64,000 nt of DNA from Blastocatellia bacterium (lineage in GTDB: Bacteria; Acidobacteriota; Blastocatellia; UBA7656), in contig CAVXWP010000002.1 in assembly GCA_963765495.1 (NCBI GenBank), forward strand, positions 64,001-128,000, written 5' to 3'. Below are positions 47,860 to 58,599 of the stretch, in pieces. The translations under genes and the position numbers were made by a program. Each line of letters starts with the position of its first letter. Position 1 is the first letter of the stretch. The notes beneath the pieces are model-generated. The model was not told the DNA's origin. It ran no database searches and worked only from the letters and a program-made list of their open reading frames with translations.

Positions 47860-50232
47860 ATGCCACACACTGGAATCATAGGAGTCAGGCTCATCATTGC
47901 CGCGCTTTTTGTCGCAGGAATTGCCAGGGGTCAGCGGATAAAGAACGCGGTCCCGGAGGTTGCTCGCCCCTTGCCCCTGTCTGCGGTGCGGCTGACCGGC
48001 GGACCGCTCAAGCGGGCGCAAGACCTTGACGCGGAGTATCTGCTAAAGCTGGAACCTGATCGCATGATGGCCTATTACCGCAAGCGCGCCGGGCTTGAGC
48101 CAAAGGCGCAAGGTTACGGCGGCTGGGATGGAGACGGCAAAAACCTGACGGGTCATATCGCAGGCCACTATTTATCGGCTGTGAGCTTGATGTATGCCGC
48201 GACGGGTGATCCGCGCTTCAAGCAGCGCGCCGACTACATAGTGAAGGAGATGCAGGAGGTTCAAAACAAGCACGGCAACGGCTATCTCGGCGCGCTTGAA
48301 AATGGAGAGGAGCGATTTGCCGAAGTTTCTCGCGGCAACATTCGGTCGGCCAGCTTCGATTTGAATCAACTCTGGTCGCCCTGGTATGTGCTGCACAAGA
48401 CATTTGCCGGGCTTCGCGATGCATATCGTTACACGGGAAATCGCGCGGCGCTCGATGTAGAGGCTGGCTTCGCCCGTTGGGCCGAAGGGATACTCTCAAA
48501 GCTCGACGATGCCCAGCTTCAGAAGATGCTAAACACGGAATTCGGCGGCATGCCCGAAGTCCTTGCCGATCTCTACGCCGACACGGGTGACACACGCTGG
48601 CTGACTCTCTCTCACCGCTTCGATCATCATGCCGTGCTTGATCCGCTCGCCCGTCACGAAGACATATTGCCGGGTCTGCATGGGAACACGCAGGTGCCAA
48701 AGATTCTCGGTTATCTTGCGTGTTATGCCTATACCGGAGACAAAACCGACTGGGAGGCCGCAACATTCTTCTGGGATTCCGTAGTGGATCATCACAGTTT
48801 CGCAACCGGCGGTCACGGCAAGGATGAATACTTCGGCCCGCCCGACAAGTTGAGCGACCGATTCGAAGGACGCACCGCCGAGACGTGCAACGTCTATAAT
48901 ATGATAAAGATGACGCGCCTGCTCTTCGCGCTTCACCCCGACATCAAATACGCCGAGTTCCACGAGCGCGCACTCTTTAATCACATCCTCGCCTCAATGG
49001 ATCCTGAGGACGGTCAAACCTGTTACATGGTTCCCGTAGGCCAGGGGGTCGAGCGCGAGTATCAGGATATGTTCAGCGATTTTACCTGCTGTGTAGGCAC
49101 TGGAATGGAGAGTCACGCGCTCCACGGCGAAGGAATATATTACGAATCGGGTGACCGGCTCTGGGTGAATCTGTTCGTGCCTTCAACTGCCAGATGGGAA
49201 GCAGCAGGCGTAGACCTGTCGATGGAAACTACTTTTCCCGAAGGCGAATCAGCTACCCTGAAACTCAAGCTCAAAGCGCCGTGGCGCTTCACGCTGGCGC
49301 TGCGTCGCCCTTCGTGGGCAGAGAAAGGGTTTACCGTAAAAATCAACGGACGGGCTTTGGGTGATCTGTCAAAGCCGGGCTCTTATATCGAGATGAATCG
49401 CCTATGGGAAAGCGGCGATACTGTGGCCGTGACTCTGCCAAAGACTCTGCACCTTGAGCCCTTAGCCGATAATGCGCGTATCGCGGCCATCGCGTGGGGG
49501 CCGCTTGTGCTTGCCGGGGACCTTGGGCCGGAGCCTGGAAAAGATGCCCAATCCGTGGAGCCGATAAATACTCCCGCGCTTGTGGCGGCGGGGCGGCCCC
49601 TGACTGACTGGCTCAAACCCGTGCCCGGCAGACCGGGACTCTTCCGCAGTCAAGGCGTTGGGCGCGAGCGCGATGTGGAACTCGCGCCGTTTTACCGTCT
49701 GCACCATCGCACATACAGTGCGTACTGGAATCTATTCACACCCTCTGAATGGGAAAAGAAAACCGCCGAGATCGAAGCAGAGCGTGAACGGCAGCGAAGG
49801 CTCGAAGCAGCAACCGTAGGCTTCGCCCAACCGGGAGCGATGCAGCCGGGAGCAGATTTCAACCAGCAGGGAGAAGAGACTTCACCGGCCAGCATAGCCG
49901 GACGAAAGGGACTCTCGGCAAAGAGATGGATTTCATTCGACCTGCCTGTGGATCCGGCGCACCCGCTGGCCCTGATCACCACTTACCATAGCGAAGAAAG
50001 AGGAGAACGCACCTTTGAGATTCTGGTTGATGGCGTGAAAGTCGGAGAACAGAAAATCGCGGGGTATCGCCCCGGCAGCAGTTCCGGCAGCTTCTTCGAT
50101 GTGGAATACGCGATACCGCAGGAGCTAATCAAAGACAAGCAAAAAGTGACCGTGCGCTTTCAGGCTACAGGTGGCAAAGAAGTCGCCTCGATCTTCGGCG
50201 TTCGCATAATCCGCGCCGACGCGCAACGCTAA
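47860..50232 (+). CDS. GH127/GH146-type beta-L-arabinofuranosidase
   Basis: YGGWD, GHIAGHYLSA, EFGGM, HGNTQVPK, ETCNVYNM, FTCCVGTGMESH. Confidence 0.92.
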   Translation: MPHTGIIGVRLIIAALFVAGIARGQRIKNAVPEVARPLPLSAVRLTGGPLKRAQDLDAEYLLKLEPDRMMAYYRKRAGLEPKAQGYGGWDGDGKNLTGHIAGHYLSAVSLMYAATGDPRFKQRADYIVKEMQEVQNKHGNGYLGALENGEERFAEVSRGNIRSASFDLNQLWSPWYVLHKTFAGLRDAYRYTGNRAALDVEAGFARWAEGILSKLDDAQLQKMLNTEFGGMPEVLADLYADTGDTRWLTLSHRFDHHAVLDPLARHEDILPGLHGNTQVPKILGYLACYAYTGDKTDWEAATFFWDSVVDHHSFATGGHGKDEYFGPPDKLSDRFEGRTAETCNVYNMIKMTRLLFALHPDIKYAEFHERALFNHILASMDPEDGQTCYMVPVGQGVEREYQDMFSDFTCCVGTGMESHALHGEGIYYESGDRLWVNLFVPSTARWEAAGVDLSMETTFPEGESATLKLKLKAPWRFTLALRRPSWAEKGFTVKINGRALGDLSKPGSYIEMNRLWESGDTVAVTLPKTLHLEPLADNARIAAIAWGPLVLAGDLGPEPGKDAQSVEPINTPALVAAGRPLTDWLKPVPGRPGLFRSQGVGRERDVELAPFYRLHHRTYSAYWNLFTPSEWEKKTAEIEAERERQRRLEAATVGFAQPGAMQPGADFNQQGEETSPASIAGRKGLSAKRWISFDLPVDPAHPLALITTYHSEERGERTFEILVDGVKVGEQKIAGYRPGSSSGSFFDVEYAIPQELIKDKQKVTVRFQATGGKEVASIFGVRIIRADAQR

Positions 50233-50314
50233 TCGGAATAGGCCGGGACGGGCACGGCCTATTTAAATTTACCCTGCTTCGGAGATTCGCTTACACCGCA
50301 TAGCATTCAAATCA

Positions 50315-53140
50315 TCAGCGCCCAGCAATCAATTCGACCCAGGTAATAGTATCCGAGAGCGGAACTGTGAAGGCACCACGTTCTTCCCTCAACCGCCCGC
50401 GCGGCCTGTAGCTTCCTATCCCGGTCACCCGCGCCGGTTGTTCAATTCTCAGACGCGCTTTCGGGGTTTCAGGTGTCGAGCGCGATAATCCGATTCTCAC
50501 GGCACGCGTGCGAGGGTCCATGTAAATGCTTTCGAAAGTTCCGGCATCCAGCGTAAGCCACAAACCAAAGGGGGCGATGTATACACGCATTCTAAAAGAA
50601 TCTCTAGGTTGAACCCTGACCCGGTCGCCCTCCATACGCAGGTTGCCGCCAAATGCCTGCCAGCCGAATTCGGAATGGTTGATCACATAGGTCGCCGTGT
50701 TTAAGGCGTGCCCGAAGAAGTTCGGGCCGTAATCGCCTGAGTATGCGTCCCACTTCAGCGTAGAGGGGAAGGAGTGAAAGGCCGCCGAGGCGAACCCCTC
50801 ACGATCAATGTTTGAGAGCGCGCCCATCATGCCGCCATAGCCTGTCCGCAACAGGTAGTCGTCTTCCGGGTGTTGGCGGAAATGCGCGAGCACGGGAATG
50901 GCGTTCAGTCCCGAGCCATAATGATGAAGCTGGCGTTCGATCCGGCGCAACTTGCCGCCGTAGAGGAAGTCCCAGTAGCGGCGGGCGTTGCCGTTGTACC
51001 CCCAGTGCGGCAAGGTAGGCATGTAACCGAGAATCGAGTTGAGCGAGACCAGCGCCTTATCGTCATAACCAAAATATCTGCACCACGCATAGACCTCTTC
51101 CTGCCCGGTCGAGTCCCACGCCATCTCGCTGCCAAAAGGATAAGCCTCCTGCTTCCATCGGTCGGCGCGCTCTTTCATCAGCGCTTCAACAAAAGCGGCC
51201 TGTTTGGTCCAGCCCTCGCGCTTGAGGTCGTCTAGCAGCGCGAGAAAAATATCCCCTTCCATCAATCCAAGCTCTACATATTCAACCCGGCGACTGCCGT
51301 CAGCATTTCGTCCAAACATGAATTTTGTTGTCTGATATGCCTGATCGAGATACCACTTCCACGAATGGCTGGTAACAAGACCGTTATGATTGCGAGCCAG
51401 CCGGTACATTGACCAGTAAGCGGCGACTACATGGGGATAGTTGTAACCTCGCCCGATGGATTCGGCGGCACCTTTTTTCCAGCTTGTCCAGGAACTCCAA
51501 TCGAGGGTTTTGTCATACTCAAAGCCGGGTACGGCCTCGGGCGAGTAGAAAAACAGACTCTTGCGGACCCCATATTTTTTCGGCCCCTCGCTGTACTGAA
51601 GACCGCCCCAGAGAACTCTATCTACGAACTGCTCATATTTAGCGATCTCTTCCCTCTCGGGTTGGCCGAACTCTTTCATCGCGGCAGCCAGCCACGAGCC
51701 CGACCCGCCTTCATCGCCAAGCCCGGCAATCCATACCCGGCTGTCTTCGGTCACGATGCGGTCGCGCTCCCGGTCATAGCTCATGACGGAAGGGCTGCGA
51801 TGAAAAGGATCATCAGGGTTTACGAACCACTGCCGCGTCATCAGGAAATGGCCCAGATCGGCCACGGCCTGCGCCGCCGGTTTTATCACATAATAATTTA
51901 TTGATTGCTTCACGCCGTCATAGTAGATCAGTGTCAGCCGCGCGCGTCCCCAGTCTTTGCCGCGTAGAGTGTAGGCTTGCCAGCCGTGTCTGGTCGGGCG
52001 GTCTTCACTGATGCTGATCGCTCCCCTCGGTTCGACCGTCACACCCGCGACCCTGTGCTTATAATTCAGGAAAAGCCGCGCCTCCTGATCCATCGGCAGA
52101 ATATAGCCGGGAATGCCTACGGCAACGGGACGCCCGTTTGCCGCAAGCGTCTGCTCGATGTCGCGAATGCTGTCGGATAGAAGAAATCTGAGGCCGTAAG
52201 ACCGAGTCTCGCCCGGCTCAATCGTCGCAGTCGTAGGCGGGTTCCACGGTTCGGCGTTTCGCCATTCGTTTTCGGCGTAAGCCTGAGAGTTCGCAAGCCA
52301 TGCAAACGTACCCTCGAAAGTCTGGCTGGGGCGAACAGGTTCATTGAGCAATTGATAGGCTTCAAACGGCGTTTGCCCATCCGGGACTACGATAAGCGCG
52401 GGCCCTTGACCGCTCAAGCGTGTCACCCGAAGATAACCGCCGTCCCGCCCTATGTAAGGATCGGAGAAAGAACACAACTGGTGCGCCTGCTCGAGCGAGC
52501 GGTCCGTGAGGATGTTGTTGAAGGCCAGGGGAATGCCAACCCCACCCACTTGAAGGGCCTCTGAGGAGCTGTTCTTGAGCACAAAACGCAAAACGAGGCG
52601 ACCATTTTCGACCGCCCAGATGCGCGTGATCTGTAGGGGACAATTCTCAGGCAAGGTCGGTGAAAGTTCGGCTGCGGCCAGAAATAGCTCCGATGAAGGC
52701 AAGGGTTGGACCGGCTTGCGCGCGGTGGCCGTCGAGTATTCCTGCCACGAGCCGGAACTGCCGCTTCGCACTCGCAGGGTCAGATCGCCCAGATGGTAGT
52801 AACCATTCCCGGCGCGGCTCTTGAGGCGGTCTGAGGGTGTAAAGTCAAAGCCTCCGGCTCCTTTCGGCTCTAAAGCGGCGATTGTCTGAGACGCCCTGAC
52901 AAGCTTCAGTTTGAAGTCGGGTGTGTCAAATTCCAGATAACCCTGTTCGAGTCCAAGCGTCTCCGGCTCGTCCTTTTTCGGGTTCCGCTCGCGCCCTTCT
53001 TGCGACTGCCGAATTACTGATATGAACGGGTGGGAAGGAACTCCGTACCCGGGCACTGCCGAAGAAATGACGGTTGAGGAAATGACGGCTAAGGCTGCCG
53101 TGATTGCAATTGCTTTTAGAAACCCGTAGATCGATTTCAT
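50315..53140 (-). CDS. Secreted DUF5695-family glycoside hydrolase-like protein
   Basis: PFGSEMAWDSTGQEEVY, PHWGYNGNARRYWDF, ERQLHHYGSGLN, DAYSGDYG. Confidence 0.85.
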   Translation of the reverse strand: MKSIYGFLKAIAITAALAVISSTVISSAVPGYGVPSHPFISVIRQSQEGRERNPKKDEPETLGLEQGYLEFDTPDFKLKLVRASQTIAALEPKGAGGFDFTPSDRLKSRAGNGYYHLGDLTLRVRSGSSGSWQEYSTATARKPVQPLPSSELFLAAAELSPTLPENCPLQITRIWAVENGRLVLRFVLKNSSSEALQVGGVGIPLAFNNILTDRSLEQAHQLCSFSDPYIGRDGGYLRVTRLSGQGPALIVVPDGQTPFEAYQLLNEPVRPSQTFEGTFAWLANSQAYAENEWRNAEPWNPPTTATIEPGETRSYGLRFLLSDSIRDIEQTLAANGRPVAVGIPGYILPMDQEARLFLNYKHRVAGVTVEPRGAISISEDRPTRHGWQAYTLRGKDWGRARLTLIYYDGVKQSINYYVIKPAAQAVADLGHFLMTRQWFVNPDDPFHRSPSVMSYDRERDRIVTEDSRVWIAGLGDEGGSGSWLAAAMKEFGQPEREEIAKYEQFVDRVLWGGLQYSEGPKKYGVRKSLFFYSPEAVPGFEYDKTLDWSSWTSWKKGAAESIGRGYNYPHVVAAYWSMYRLARNHNGLVTSHSWKWYLDQAYQTTKFMFGRNADGSRRVEYVELGLMEGDIFLALLDDLKREGWTKQAAFVEALMKERADRWKQEAYPFGSEMAWDSTGQEEVYAWCRYFGYDDKALVSLNSILGYMPTLPHWGYNGNARRYWDFLYGGKLRRIERQLHHYGSGLNAIPVLAHFRQHPEDDYLLRTGYGGMMGALSNIDREGFASAAFHSFPSTLKWDAYSGDYGPNFFGHALNTATYVINHSEFGWQAFGGNLRMEGDRVRVQPRDSFRMRVYIAPFGLWLTLDAGTFESIYMDPRTRAVRIGLSRSTPETPKARLRIEQPARVTGIGSYRPRGRLREERGAFTVPLSDTITWVELIAGR

Positions 53141-53600
53141 CTCAATACCCGACAAGCTTTGGAATTGTCCGTATCAGATTACCCATACAATCACGGGCTG
53201 GCAATCCGGGCGTGTATCCGGCTAAATCGAACCGCAAGAGATTGGCACAAATGAAATTGAATGAAGGGCACGTAGAAATAGACCACTAATGAACGCGGAT
53301 CAGGCGGATTTACGCGGATCGGATCACTTGATCAGGGCTGATTTATGAAATTCTCGATCAATAAAAGTGCTATCCAGCAAATCAAGCTCGATTATCTATG
53401 CTGGGTTGTGCATGGTTGGGGCCGTCTACTTCATATTTCGATCCTGAGCAATGCGCTTTCTTGACAATCGAGGAGTCTATAGCGCAGGCTCTAAAAATCA
53501 GGGCAATCAGAGGCGGAGTAGTCAATGGCTTGCTCTTGATTTCTGGGTTCTAAGGCGATTTCACCTCGGCAGACAAAATGGCTGCACACGGGTCAAACAG

Positions 53601-54110
53601 ATGAGCCTGATCGACATAAACAGTTTACCTCCGAATATCAAAATCAGGATTGACTTGAGACCGGGCGACATAGGTTATCTGACCTATCTGCATGGCATAC
53701 TCTATGCCCGGGAATACGGCTGGGATCACAGGTTTGAGGCATACGTGGCCGGTCCACTGGCTGAGTTCGCGAAAACGCAAAATGACCGGCAACGCATCTG
53801 GATCGTGGAGCACGAGGACCGGATTGCCGGTTCGATAGCGATAGTCGAGGCAACACGAGACACGGCTCAACTGCGCTGGTTTTTGCTTCATCCCGCGTTG
53901 CGCGGAATGGGGGTCGGCAAGGTCCTGATCAGAAAGGCCATAAGCTTTTGCAGAGATAATGAATACTCTTCGATCATTCTGTGGACGGTCAGCACACTGG
54001 AGGCGGCGGCGAGCATTTACCGTTCAATGGGGTTCGAGTTGAAGGAAGAAAAGACGGGCGAACACTGGGGCGCGACAGTTACCGAGCAGCGATATGAACT
54101 GCTGCTTTGA
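53601..54110 (+). CDS. GNAT acetyltransferase
   Basis: AQLRWFLLHPALRGMGVGK, LWT, AASIYRSMGF. Confidence 0.9.
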   Translation: MSLIDINSLPPNIKIRIDLRPGDIGYLTYLHGILYAREYGWDHRFEAYVAGPLAEFAKTQNDRQRIWIVEHEDRIAGSIAIVEATRDTAQLRWFLLHPALRGMGVGKVLIRKAISFCRDNEYSSIILWTVSTLEAAASIYRSMGFELKEEKTGEHWGATVTEQRYELLL

Positions 54111-54276
54111 GTATTGAGGACAGACCGCATCAATCAAAGTGATATATGGATTTCTGGTCGTTGTATTCAAACAGCCGATGTCCGAAGTCTGGAAAACCCT
54201 ATGACTGGAAAACTCTATGAATTGCTCCGCAAGGATCGGATAGCCACCTGATCCAACAAATCTTAAAATAATAGAC

Positions 54277-55347
54277 ATGATGAACGATAGAATTATTACC
54301 CAGGCAAATCTCGACGAATGGCGTTGGCAGGCGATTCAAAATAAGAGTTCGAAGTTTGACGGCGTGTTCCTGTTTGGAGTGGCAACGACCGGAATTTATT
54401 GTCGTCCGTCATGCGCTTCGCGGCTGCCGAAACGCGAAAATGTACGTTTTTTCACCGACTCCGCCACGGCCGAAAAAAGCGGCTATCGGGCGTGTCGGCG
54501 GTGCGAACCGCAAAAGATTGATTTTGAACATTCAAAGATCAAACTTGTGCGGCAGGTATGCGAATTGATTGAAGCAAGAGGCAGTGAAAATTTATCGCTC
54601 GAAGACTTGAGCGTAGAGTTGAATATAAGCCCGGCGCATTTACAACGCACCTTTAAACAGGTTTTCGGCATCTCTCCGCGCGAATTTTCAGAAGCGGAGA
54701 GACTCAGGAAATTCAAGCAGGCGGTCAAGAGTTCCGATGTGACGACCGCGCTTTACGAGGCGGGGTTTAATTCGAGTCGCGCACTTTATGAAAACGCCGC
54801 CGGAAAGATCGGGATGACACCGGCGCAATATCGCGCCCGAGGCAAAAATATCGAAATCGGTTTCACGGTCGCAGATTCCCCGCTTGGCAAACTGCTCGTC
54901 GCAAGAACAGCGAAAGGCATCTGTGCGGTCAGCTTTGGCGATTCGGAAAGAGAGTTGATCGACAATCTGCGCGAGGAATTTGCGGCGGCGGAAATTCATT
55001 CGGGCGATAAACTTTTACAGGAAGCGGTGCGCGAAATCTTGCTGCACCTGGAGGGCGAGCAGAAGGTTTTCGATTTACCGCTCGATTTGAGGGCGACGGC
55101 TTTTCAGATGCGCGTATGGGCGGAGTTGCGAAAGATACCATACGGCAAGACAAAATCTTACAAAGAGATTGCCGAAGCCATCGAGAAACCGAAAGCAGTT
55201 CGCGCCGTCGCGAGAGCCTGCGCGACGAATCCGGTTGCGCTGCTGACACCCTGTCACCGCGTCGTAGCGGCGGATGGTAAATTGAGCGGCTATCGCTGGG
55301 GCGTGAACCGCAAAAGGATGTTGCTCGATAAAGAGCAGGCAATCTAA
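54277..55347 (+). CDS. ada: Bifunctional Ada regulator and O6-methylguanine-DNA methyltransferase
   Basis: TTGIYCRPSC, GYRACRRC, AraC HTH, PCHRVV. Confidence 0.95.
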   Translation: MMNDRIITQANLDEWRWQAIQNKSSKFDGVFLFGVATTGIYCRPSCASRLPKRENVRFFTDSATAEKSGYRACRRCEPQKIDFEHSKIKLVRQVCELIEARGSENLSLEDLSVELNISPAHLQRTFKQVFGISPREFSEAERLRKFKQAVKSSDVTTALYEAGFNSSRALYENAAGKIGMTPAQYRARGKNIEIGFTVADSPLGKLLVARTAKGICAVSFGDSERELIDNLREEFAAAEIHSGDKLLQEAVREILLHLEGEQKVFDLPLDLRATAFQMRVWAELRKIPYGKTKSYKEIAEAIEKPKAVRAVARACATNPVALLTPCHRVVAADGKLSGYRWGVNRKRMLLDKEQAI

Positions 55348-55400
55348 ATCATGCCGCAAGAACCTTGTACATTTTAAAAGTGTGTGAAGGGTAGATTTTC

Positions 55401-55475
55401 AGACAGGGTTTACAGGATTTTCAGGGTCTTTCCATCTATCTCAGCGATCTTGTTAATCCTATAAATCCTGTCTAA
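55401..55475. repeat. Inverted 9-mer (ACAGGATTT-type) intergenic repeat
   Basis: AGACAGGGTTTACAGGATTTTCAGG ... CTTGTTAATCCTATAAATCCTGTCT. Confidence 0.6.
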
Positions 55476-55644
55476 TTTCTTCTCGCTCTTTACCGATCAC
55501 GCATCTACTTTATCAGCGCCGATCTTATACGTTTCGGTTCTGTTTTATCTCCTCATCCCACACTTTGGAAACCGATTTGACATTTTCTCAAGCAGTACGC
55601 CGCGACATTGGACCCGCTCACACCTCTTTTGGTACGATAGCGCG

Positions 55645-56154
55645 ATGATGAGAATAACCTCTGTTCACATCGCAAGAGTTGTGTCCTGCCTCCTCCTGTT
55701 TTTCGCAGGCACATCCACAGGGCAATCCCATAGACCTGCCCAATCAGCCCCTTCGACCCCGGTGCTTCCATTGATCGAAAAGTACAAAGCTCCTCCGTAC
55801 CCAAAATCCCAATTTCTCACGGCAGAAACTTATGAGTATCGTATCAGCTACAAACGACCTGTTCCGCCCACACTCACGGATGTCTTTATTTGCGATATCT
55901 GGCAGAGGGTGACTCTGGATATGAAGCTGACGATTACCCCGCAAGAAATCTCCGAAGATATAGCCAATCAGGCAATCAGGATTTACCTTACAAAAAACTG
56001 GTCGGACATCGCGGGTTATCGTCCCTGGACTCACTGGAATTTTATTAGAACCTTAAAAGTGGGGCAGCGCACCGCACTCGCTAAAGAGGTCGTTGCCTAT
56101 ATCGGCGAAAACGGTGTTAGAGATGTAGAAGAAGACGCCCAGGAAAAGAAATAA
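55645..56154 (+). CDS. Secreted hypothetical protein
   Basis: Signal peptide, 169 aa. Confidence 0.6.
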   Translation: MMRITSVHIARVVSCLLLFFAGTSTGQSHRPAQSAPSTPVLPLIEKYKAPPYPKSQFLTAETYEYRISYKRPVPPTLTDVFICDIWQRVTLDMKLTITPQEISEDIANQAIRIYLTKNWSDIAGYRPWTHWNFIRTLKVGQRTALAKEVVAYIGENGVRDVEEDAQEKK

Positions 56155-56176
56155 ACTTCGGGCAAGGAGGCTGAGG

Positions 56177-56626
56177 ATGTGGAAAGAGTTTAAAGAGTTT
56201 ATAGCACGCGGCAACGTCATGGACCTTGCCATAGCCGTTGTCATCGGCGCGGCCTTTGGCAAAATCGTCACATCCCTTGTAGAAGGCATTTTAATGCCTC
56301 CTATCGGGTTGCTTCTTGGGAAGATTGACTTCTCAAGCCTCTTCTTTGTCCTCGATTCTTCAAAGGGTGTGCCCGCGTCTCTGGCCGACGCGAAGGTTAA
56401 AGCCATTCCGGTCATCGCCTACGGAGCCTTTATAAATGACATCGTGAATTTCCTGATAATTGCGTTTGTCATTTTTCTGATCGTGCGAGCGGTGAACCGG
56501 CTGAAGAGCAAACAGGAAGCGCCTACGGGTGAGCCTACAACAAAGGAATGCCCGTATTGCCTCTCTACGATACCTCTCAAGGCCCGCCGATGTGCTTCTT
56601 GTACGGTTGATCTTGAACCGGCATAA
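56177..56626 (+). CDS. mscL: Large-conductance mechanosensitive channel
   Basis: [32 protein letters not shown]; C-terminal CPYC..RCASC. Confidence 0.96.
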   Translation: MWKEFKEFIARGNVMDLAIAVVIGAAFGKIVTSLVEGILMPPIGLLLGKIDFSSLFFVLDSSKGVPASLADAKVKAIPVIAYGAFINDIVNFLIIAFVIFLIVRAVNRLKSKQEAPTGEPTTKECPYCLSTIPLKARRCASCTVDLEPA

Positions 56627-56739
56627 GGCTATTCGAGATCGTCGTTAGCGGTGCAAATCGCGGGCGATATGTTATTCTGGTATCGGGTTTAAGGGTGGCA
56701 ACAGATTGCCGCCCGAGCAGGAAAGAGATAGGAGGAGTT

Positions 56740-57759
56740 ATGGCAAAGATGCGCGCGGTACAGATTCCTAATGCGCACGGACCATTGGAACTCGTTGAAC
56801 GTGAAATACCTGATCCCGGAGCAGGGACAGTGCGAATAAAGGTACAGGCATGCGGGGTATGCCACAGCGATTCCTTTACGAAAGAGGGCGCTTTCCCCGG
56901 CATCGAATATCCGCGAGTCCCGGGACACGAGGTTATCGGGATCATAGATGCAGTCGGGGCGGGCGTCGCCAACTGGAAAGAGGGTCAGAGAGTCGGCGTA
57001 GGCTGGCATGGAAACAATTGCGGATACTGCGATTCCTGTCGCAGGGGTGATTTTTTTGCCTGCCAGATCGCATTGCAGGTAACAGGCATCAACTTCGACG
57101 GCGGCTACGCCGATTATATGATCGCTCCGACCGTAGCGCTCGCGCGGGTCCCCGAAGAGCTTTCGGCCGAAGAGGCAGGCCCCTTGATGTGCGCGGGGAT
57201 TACGACTTATAACGCCCTTCGAAATAGCGGCGCCAGAGCCGGTGATCTGGTGGCGGTGCTCGGCATAGGAGGGCTTGGCCATCTGGGCGTTCAGTACGCC
57301 GCGAAGATGGGATTTCGGACCGTAGCCATTGCCAGGGGCAGCGACAAAGAGCCGCTTGCAAAACAACTCGGCGCGCACAGTTATATAGACAGCCGGGCGA
57401 CTGACCCCTCCGAAGAACTCGCAAAGATGGGCGGCGCACAGGTTATTTTGGCGACCGTAACAAACGGCGATGCGATAGGCGCGGCCCTTGGCGGTCTCGG
57501 CGTAAACGGGAGGCTGATGGTCCTCGGGGCCGCCGAATCGCTTCAGGTCCCTCCGCTGCTGCTCATCTTAGGCCGCCGCTCGGTCATGGGATGGTATTCG
57601 GGCACTTCCATCGATTCCGAAGACACGCTTTCCTTCAGCGTGCTTGCAGGAGTGCGCTCTATGAACGAAGTCTATCCGCTTGAGCAGGCGAGCGAAGCCT
57701 ACGAACACATGATGAGCGGAAAGGCGCGATTCAGAGTGGTTCTCACAACCGGGCAATAG
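56740..57759 (+). CDS. Zinc-dependent alcohol dehydrogenase
   Basis: CGVCHSD, GHEVIG, CGYCDSCRRG, GIGGLGH. Confidence 0.94.
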   Translation: MAKMRAVQIPNAHGPLELVEREIPDPGAGTVRIKVQACGVCHSDSFTKEGAFPGIEYPRVPGHEVIGIIDAVGAGVANWKEGQRVGVGWHGNNCGYCDSCRRGDFFACQIALQVTGINFDGGYADYMIAPTVALARVPEELSAEEAGPLMCAGITTYNALRNSGARAGDLVAVLGIGGLGHLGVQYAAKMGFRTVAIARGSDKEPLAKQLGAHSYIDSRATDPSEELAKMGGAQVILATVTNGDAIGAALGGLGVNGRLMVLGAAESLQVPPLLLILGRRSVMGWYSGTSIDSEDTLSFSVLAGVRSMNEVYPLEQASEAYEHMMSGKARFRVVLTTGQ

Positions 57760-57791
57760 CTGAACTGTTGGTTGATAGACGAAAAGGGGAT

Positions 57792-58553
57792 ATGGACACG
57801 GCTTATTTCCTTGACCCTGACAAGCTTCAGAGTGTGGCTACAGGACTGCGCGAACAGTATCGCAATGCCAGGCCATTCCCTCATATCGTCATAGATGATC
57901 TTTTTCCCGAAGAGACATTAATGGCGATCATTGAAGAGTTCCCAAAACCGGGTGAGATCGACTGGAATCAATTCGATAATCGGGAAGAAAAGAAACTGGC
58001 TTCAACAGCCGAATCGCAGATGGGCGAGTTAACCAGATTCTTTCTTTATCAATTGAACTCGTCATCGTTTATAAGCTTTCTGGAGACGCTGACCGGGATT
58101 GACGGGCTTATACCCGACCCGCATTTCTGGGGCGGGGGTCTGCATCAAATTACACGAGGCGGCTATCTGAAGATTCACGCGGATTTCAACTGGCACGAAC
58201 GCCTTCGACTCGACCGGCGGTTGAATCTCCTGCTCTATCTCAACCGTGATTGGAATGAAGAATACGGCGGACATCTTGAGTTATGGAACTCTGATATGAG
58301 TCGCTGTGAACAGAAGGTGCTGCCGGTCTTCAACCGATGCGTCATCTTTAACACCGAAGATGATTCCTACCACGGTCATCCGGAGCCGCTGACCTGCCCG
58401 CCTGACCGGACTCGAAAATCGCTGGCGCTCTATTATTACAGCAGCAGGCCCGTTGAAAAGGGGGTTAGCCATTCTCACGGGACGCTGTTTCGGAAGAGGC
58501 CAAGCGAAGCACTCGGAGGCATACCACACCGCATCAAGTCGCTTTTCAGATAA
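57792..58553 (+). CDS. 2OG-Fe(II) oxygenase
   Basis: PFPHIVIDD, GGGLH, HADFN, SYHG, RKSLALYYY. Confidence 0.9.
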   Translation: MDTAYFLDPDKLQSVATGLREQYRNARPFPHIVIDDLFPEETLMAIIEEFPKPGEIDWNQFDNREEKKLASTAESQMGELTRFFLYQLNSSSFISFLETLTGIDGLIPDPHFWGGGLHQITRGGYLKIHADFNWHERLRLDRRLNLLLYLNRDWNEEYGGHLELWNSDMSRCEQKVLPVFNRCVIFNTEDDSYHGHPEPLTCPPDRTRKSLALYYYSSRPVEKGVSHSHGTLFRKRPSEALGGIPHRIKSLFR

Positions 58554-58599
58554 AAGGAACGCCCGGAAAACAGGCGAGGAGGGTTTTAGCTGAAAGATC

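Noticed and set aside
53290-53325. CGCGGAT 9-mer repeats
   Set aside because: Common short intergenic repeat type with no locus-specific signal
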